Origin: the human T2T-CHM13v2.0 reference genome, Homo sapiens
Reading direction: 5' to 3' (one strand)
Length of the DNA: 64,000 nucleotides
Assembly: GCF_009914755.1 (NCBI RefSeq)
Contig: NC_060947.1
A program made the position numbers and the translations under genes. Shown piece by piece: positions 56,546 through 64,000 of the stretch. How positions within the stretch are numbered: position 1 is the stretch's first letter; every line of letters begins with the position of its first letter. The notes under the pieces were generated by a model, which was not told the origin of the DNA, searched no databases, and was given only the letters and a program-made list of their open reading frames with translations.

Positions 56546-57301
56546 TCATTACTCATTGAGTCAATAATAAAATACCAAATTGATGAACTGGCCTGCAAAC
56601 AGAATACCTCTAAGTTTCTTTAGCACTCTTTTTTCTGTTTCTATGCCTAAGGCATCTTAACGTCACCTTCTATTGGGGAAAAAATTTTGCAGACCACACT
56701 AGGAAACTGAAACTAGAATTAGACAATACTGTCTTTTTAATTCAATGATCTTTACCATTCCTATAGCCACATGGGCCCTATGACTATTTTTTAAACTTCT
56801 ATTTCATAAGCATATATTTCATATGTTACTTTGATAATTGAGAATAATTGAAGAAACTTCATGTTCAAATTGGAAATTTTTTGTGCTATGAAAGACTTTA
56901 TGTGGGTAGAACTATCCCTTATTTTCAATGGTAGAAAATCGAGGCTAACAAAATTCAAATGACCACAACGGTGAGGAGTAGACCCAGTCCAGACCTGAAC
57001 GACTGACTCAGGCCACTTGGCTTCACTATCCCGAGTTGAGATGCTGGTTTTTTAAGTTGTTTTGTGTGGCACAAAACTTCACATGTTGCCTAGCATACAC
57101 TACTGATTAAATACTTTAGGCAAACCTACTTTATTAAAAATTCATATTATTCTATAATCTATCTTTAAGAAATCAGATTTGAGGTCTTTAGAAATAATTT
57201 ATTCAAGATTAAGGTAACTATGCAGACAGGCCCATTATTAGAGAAAGCACAGTGTTATTAGCAAACAAAATTTAAAAAGAACACTCAGGTGCTCCACTTA
57301 C

Positions 57302-57360
57302 TGCTTTATCTCCCAGAGCTGTTCTGATACTAAGTCTCACTTTAAAAGCATTTTCTGCAC
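57302..57360 (-). CDS. CLTRN: Collectrin CDS exon 2 (GAENAFKVRLSIRTALGDKA)
   Basis: AG acceptor at 57361-57362, GTAAGT donor at 57301; 59 nt, phase consistent with exon 1. Confidence 0.97.
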
Positions 57361-57682
57361 CTGCCAGAAAAGAAAAAAGAAAGAGCAGTATATGATGATT
57401 AGGATCTGCCAAAACAGAGTCTGAAAAATCCTAATATGTAATGCAACTCAAACTAATGGAACAAAGAACTACAATTAAACAGCCCCAAATACTCCTGGAA
57501 GTTTAACCTAAATCATCTTAGATGGTTTAATATTTTCTTTCAAACTCATTAAACACTCACTGCCCCAACTTTCAAGCCACAACATGTCTGCAGATTTAGA
57601 AAAATAAAGAGTTCTTTCAGTCGATGACTTGTCAAACATGTAGAAAACTGTTCATCTATTTTTAAATTTCAAGGCTACATAC

Positions 57683-57740
57683 CTGGTTGACAGAGTTCAG
57701 CATGAATGGCAGTCACCAGAAAAAAGAGCAGCCACAACAT
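57683..57740 (-). CDS. CLTRN: Collectrin CDS exon 1 (signal peptide, MLWLLFFLVTAIHAELCQP-G)
   Basis: Manual translation from ATG at 57740; 58 nt ending in CAG|GTATGT donor; matches known collectrin N-terminus. Confidence 0.97.
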
Positions 57741-57960
57741 TCTTTCAGGGTGGAAAACACAAGGCAAAGTGAGAAAAAAAAAATCCACGCTGCACTTAAA
57801 TCTGCCTTAGCCATTCTGTGACCCGGATTAGAATATCAGAGAAACAAGCGAGCCACCACCAAAAAGGTTTAATGATTAACACCCATCATTTGGGTTAATA
57901 CTTCCATAAAAACAGCCCATCTCCTGTCAGTTATTTATGAAAACCTGTTTGGAAAACAGA
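57741..57960 (-). promoter_or_regulatory. CLTRN: CLTRN 5'UTR and proximal promoter with HNF1 site
   Basis: GTTAATCATTAAA (minus strand, 57868-57880) has one mismatch to the HNF1 consensus GTTAATNATTAAC; weaker sites near 57893 and 57930; CLTRN is an established HNF1A target. Confidence 0.75.
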
Positions 57961-58281
57961 TTAGTTGTTTTCCCTACTCTGACTCTACCTCAAAAGAATG
58001 TCTTCTTTGCTGACTCAAAGTTGGAATCCTCCCCGACCCCTTCTGCGATTCTCTGGTTACGTGTATGATGGGAAGAATTGAGTCCTGTCTAGAGGTTTCC
58101 TTGACATGCACTTCCCACCTTTTCGAGGCTGAGATACCTGGTTCTTAGATAGGCTATCTTCATTCAGGAAACAAACGTGACTCCCTTCTCTCTGGTAAAC
58201 AAAGGGTGCCCTCCGTGAAGGGCCTCACCTGACTCTCACCACAGCGGGTGAACATCCCAGGAGAGCTTCGGAGCTTCCTCT

Positions 58282-59215
58282 TACCTACTTAAGGTTAGAG
58301 GGTGGGAGGAGAGAGAGGATCGAAAAACTACCTATCGAATACTATGCTTATTATCTGGGTGACAAAATAATCTGTACACCAAACTCCAGTGACACACAAT
58401 TTACCTATACAACAAAACTGCACAGGTGCCTGCACATTCACACATAGGGAATGATTGTGTTCAGCCCTGAGGTCTGGCACTTGAATTAAATCAAAGTTAA
58501 TGATACAGAGCAGCACTGTCCAAGGGACATTCTGTGGCGATGGGAATGTTCTGTGTCTGTACTATCCAATATGGCAGCTACTACAGGTAGGAGGCCATTG
58601 AGCACTGGAAATGGAGCTAGTGTAGCTGAGAAATGGAATTTTTGTTTAATTTAATTTAAGTAGGCACATGTGGCTACTGACTACATTGGTCAGTACAGCA
58701 ATACAACAGTAATTAAAAGTTACCCACTCTGAAGTACCTTCACTGGGTTATTTCTCTGATCCTCAGACACTTCACAATTGTTATCATCATCTCATACGGG
58801 AGGGAACTGAGGCTCCAGCGTTGAAGTCATTGGCAGCAATGGGATGAGTGGGATGGGTGTCACTTTACCAGCTAGGTTGACTTACACTTGAACCCTGTCT
58901 CCACCACACCCAACTGCTCTGTGTCTCTGGTCACCATTGGTCAAAATTGGAATTGATCAAATACCACAGTCTCACTGATAAGTGGGAGCTAAACATTGAG
59001 TACACATGGACACAAAGAAGGGAACAACAGACACAGGTACCTACTTGAGGATAGTGGGTGGGAGGAGGGAGAGGATCGAAAAACTAACTATCGAATACTA
59101 TGCTTATTATCTGGGTGACAAAATAATCTGTACACCAAACTCCAGTGACATACAATTTACTTATATAACAAACCTGCACATCCACCCCTAAACCTAAAAT
59201 AAAAGTTTTAAAAAA
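58282..59215 (+). mobile_element. Two copies of an old L1P 3'UTR fragment (58282-58424; 58960-59215) with MER3- and MIR-like pieces between
   Basis: Shared gagaggatcgaaaaacta(c/a)ctatcgaatactatgcttattatctgggtgacaaaataatctgtacaccaaactccagtgac. Confidence 0.85.
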
Positions 59216-59920
59216 CCCTGAAGTTGCAACAAAGCCTCAGAGATGCTCTGAGAATTAAGATAATGCGTGTAAAAGAATCTTTCCCCGGTGGGCATTCCAC
59301 AGATGCCAATCAACGCCCCGCCCAGAGGTTGATGTCAGGACTTTCCTCTCTACCATGCTGCCTCTTCATAAATTCAGTCCCCAAATTCCACCCCATTCCT
59401 CAAAAGTCATGAATGGCAGAATTAGATTGGGTGACTCTGGTGTTAAATAGAAACATTGGATTTTCAAAGCAACAACGAGGAAAATATCAACAATGAGACT
59501 TCTGCAGCACTTTGAGAAACACATCATTTCTCCCTCCTTGCGAGGGTGGTATTTTATTGTAAAGGACCCACATCCGTCAGCTAAATCCAACTGAGAAAGC
59601 TTTTTCTCATCTCCTTCACCTTGGTTGCAAGGACACGGAGTCAGGAAAAGCTGTACTAAAAGGAGAGGGAGCCACAACTTAGTCCAGCCATCCTAGCAAT
59701 GTCACTGTATTAGGTGCAGTGGAAATTTCCAGAAGGAAGAGCTCACCTAGCTAACATCTGAAAAAAATAAAGCCAGACTAGATGAAGTCATCTTGGGAAA
59801 TGTTAAACTAGATAAAGTCATCATGGGAAGGAAAAGTCAATACACATAGAGATTGTAACAAAGCATTTTACTTACATCAAGGAAGAAAGCTATGCTAAGA
59901 ACATAGAAATCTGCTTCAGC

Positions 59921-61119
<1,199 letters not shown>

Positions 61120-62950
61120 ATAGTTAGAATGAGCCTTCCTTAGCCTTGGATCTCTTTATATGTTCTTGTAGGATGTTGTTTTTTCTCACTGCAGTGGCAC
61201 TATCAGAACAGAGTAATACAATGATGGGAATAAGACGCACCCTTGTCTTCTTCTTTACTCTAATAGGAATGCCACTACTGCACGGAATCTGGCAAGTGGC
61301 TTTAAAAATGATGTGTCATGTGATACGAGCATTATATTTGTAATTACAAAAAATTATTTTCCTCAGTAATTGGTGTTGCATTTTATCAACTGCTTTTCAC
61401 TATTAAAATTTTTACCATTTGGTGTATTACATTAATACATTTTTCACATTGATTCAATTCTTAGATAAAACATTTTTTTAATTTATTTTTAGTATGCTGC
61501 TGGAATCAATTCCTGGTTTTTCCCCTATGATTTTTAAACCTATTTTCTTAAAAGAATATCAGGTAGGTTCCTTTTCAAGTGCTGATTCTTGAAGCGTTTT
61601 TTTTCCTAGCCTTTACCATCTTGAAAATGATACAGAAAGATTTCTAACATTGTCTATGTTTAGAAATACATATAATGTACCAGAAATAAAGAGTTCACAG
61701 ATGAAGAATCTGGACCATGTGCATTTTAGAGGAAGAGTTCTTCAAAATTTTTCATTCCTTACATTATCATTTATTTCAGGTTTTATACCTCTTTCTGAAT
61801 CCATTTTGGCTGTTTACAATTTCCAAGAAAATATTCTGTTAAGATTTTCTAGTATCCTCATGGACTTTATAGAGTATTTCCCATAAAATATCTACTTTTG
61901 TTGTTATGTTCTCTTTATATTTTCTAATACGTGTATTAATTTTCTCATTTTGATTATATTATCTTTGTTGTTTAATCAAAGAAGAAGATCTTGGACATAA
62001 TTTGCAATTCTTTCTGTTTTTTGATTCATAAATCTTATTTATATTGGTTACATACTGTAACAAATTCATTGTTAAATAGTTTGATGGAGATCTCAGTAAA
62101 ATAAATGGAAAACAGAACTAGATACTAGGGTTCTTGCCTCTCAGCATATTATATTTTCCTATACTTTTCAAAGTCTTGCACAAATTTAGTGCTTGTCTTG
62201 ATGTACAAGTTTTAAGTAGTAAGTTTCCAGAGCCTTCATATCTGTATAAATTGCTTCATAAAATGCTCATTTCAGCAATTTCACATATGGGAGCTTCATA
62301 ACTTATTAGTAACCATGGTAATGATGACAAATAAAGCAGTTCAATCATTCTGAATATGTTACTATTTACTTCCAAACGTTCAGAGTTTAGAGCATGTAGA
62401 TTTAAAAGTTCAGATTACTGTTGCCATGAGCCACACAAAAGGGCACTGAGTCTCCTGAGATGGGAAAACGAAATTGATTTCTCCGTGTTTTTTATACTCC
62501 ACAACACTCTTGAAAAGCACTTTCTGGGCACATAACTATGGATCTACTGCTCTGGGGTAAACAGAATATGAGATCACATGAAAAGAAAACACATGTGTCG
62601 TTCTTTTGATTCATGCAAGATCCCTTAAGTTCACTAGATTCGTATAAATACGTGGGCGTATGTAGGCTCCATTCACCTCCAATAAAGCAAGAGGTGGAGA
62701 TGACCAATGTTTCTTTTAAAATTGACCCTGGTTATTTTGTTTCATTATCAAAAACAGAAATTTAGTAAATATATAGCTCCTAAAATTAGTAAACTGTAAA
62801 ACCATCTCAAATGTGACATTATTCTGTATATTTTTATTGGATTTTCAGAAATGTTATCTGGCTGTGACACATTAAAAGAAATCAATTAAAACTTTTAATA
62901 ATTGAACATAGAAACTTTGTATAAGATTTTAAAACTTCACACTTTTTGCT

Positions 62951-63261
62951 GCTGGGCATGGTGGCTCATGCCTGTAATCCCAGCACTTTGGGAGGGCGAG
63001 GCAAGCAGATTGCTTGAGTCCAAGAGTTCAAGACAGGCCTGGACAACATGGCGAAACCCCCTCTCTACAAAAAGTACAAAAATTAGCCAGGCTTGGTGGC
63101 ATGCACCTGTGGTCCCAGCAACTTGGAAGGCTGAGGCAGGAGGATCACCTGAGCCCAGGGAGGTTGAGGCTGCAGTGAGCCATGATTGTGCCACCACACT
63201 CCAGTCTGTGTGACAGAGCGAGACTCTGTCTCAAAAAATAAAAAAAACAAAAACCAAAAAC

Positions 63262-63315
<54 letters not shown>
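62951..63315 (+). mobile_element. AluJ with (CA)n microsatellite tail (63266-63315)
   Basis: AluJ diagnostics, A-rich tail grading into CA repeat. Confidence 0.92.
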
Positions 63316-63318
<3 letters not shown>

Positions 63319-63600
63319 CCCTTTGGAAGTTTTAATATCTTAATTAAATGGCTCTACTCAATGATTTCCTAAATGTTGTAGAATTTTAATAAATGACATC
63401 CTTCCTTGTTTAAATTGTAATGAAATGGATATACTATATATAATAAACAATATCAAGATGTTTGTATTATTAATAATTTATACAATGTTTTCAGTATAAT
63501 TAGGCAACAAAAATAATTTTATTCTCTTTAAATTGTCAGTGTTAAGATACATGGAGAGACAAAGTATTTTTGTCTATTGTGTGTAAGTTCTATTTTAACT

Positions 63601-63745
63601 CAGTGGTTTTCAATTGGGGGTGATTTTGTGCTCCAGAGACACTTGGCAACGTCTGGTGACATTTTTAGTCATCATGAATGGCAGATGAGAGGATTCTACT
63701 GGCATCTAGTGGGTAGAGGCCAGGGATGCTGCAAAACACCCCCAC
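63601..63745 (+). mobile_element. MER20
   Basis: cagtggttttcaattgggggtgattttg...ggccagggatgctgcaaaaca. Confidence 0.8.
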
Positions 63746-63840
63746 AAACTTTAAAAATGTCATTTAGGTAACTCTTTTCTTCTTGTAGTTGAGTTAATGG
63801 AAATAACCCACACAAGGAAGAACAGAAGAAAAAAGGGAGA

Positions 63841-63843
<3 letters not shown>

Positions 63844-63882
<39 letters not shown>
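63844..63882. repeat. (TG)n microsatellite
   Basis: Direct reading. Confidence 0.95.
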
Positions 63883-63883
<1 letters not shown>

Positions 63884-64000
63884 TTTCTCTAAGGCTAAGA
63901 ATGTAAAAATATATACATTGCAATGCATTTCATGGTACTTAATTTCCAGTCACAAGCTTATTAGAACTTCAGTTTATGATTCAAATTAGTCAACTCAGTT

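Overview
This is human (primate) genomic DNA. The window holds the complete six-exon CLTRN (TMEM27/collectrin) gene on the minus strand. Its CDS exons are 57683-57740, 57302-57360, 51991-52076, 37896-38009, 32540-32734 and 20956-21112. They join through GT-AG introns into 669 nt, giving 222 aa plus stop. There is a 3'UTR AATAAA at 20329-20334 and an HNF1 site in the promoter. From known synteny (Xp22.2), ACE2 should lie just left of the window, and the first ~14.5 kb probably carries part of the ACE2-divergent lncRNA. Intron 3 holds two nested gene copies: a full-length PTMA processed pseudogene, and a CpG-rich intronless POM121L2/POM121L12-like sequence on the plus strand whose ~238-codon frame is broken by only two +1 frameshifts. 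The rest is Alu, L1, L2, MIR, LTR and DNA-transposon remnants. The main oddities are the nearly intact POM121-like retrogene, a perfect 35-bp inverted repeat inside a MIR, an apparently G-to-A hypermutated ERV1 LTR near ACE2, a 57-bp triplication in MER63, and three local direct duplications. No prokaryotic-type system (CRISPR etc.) is present. Repeat subfamily names are from memory of consensus sequences and need RepeatMasker confirmation.
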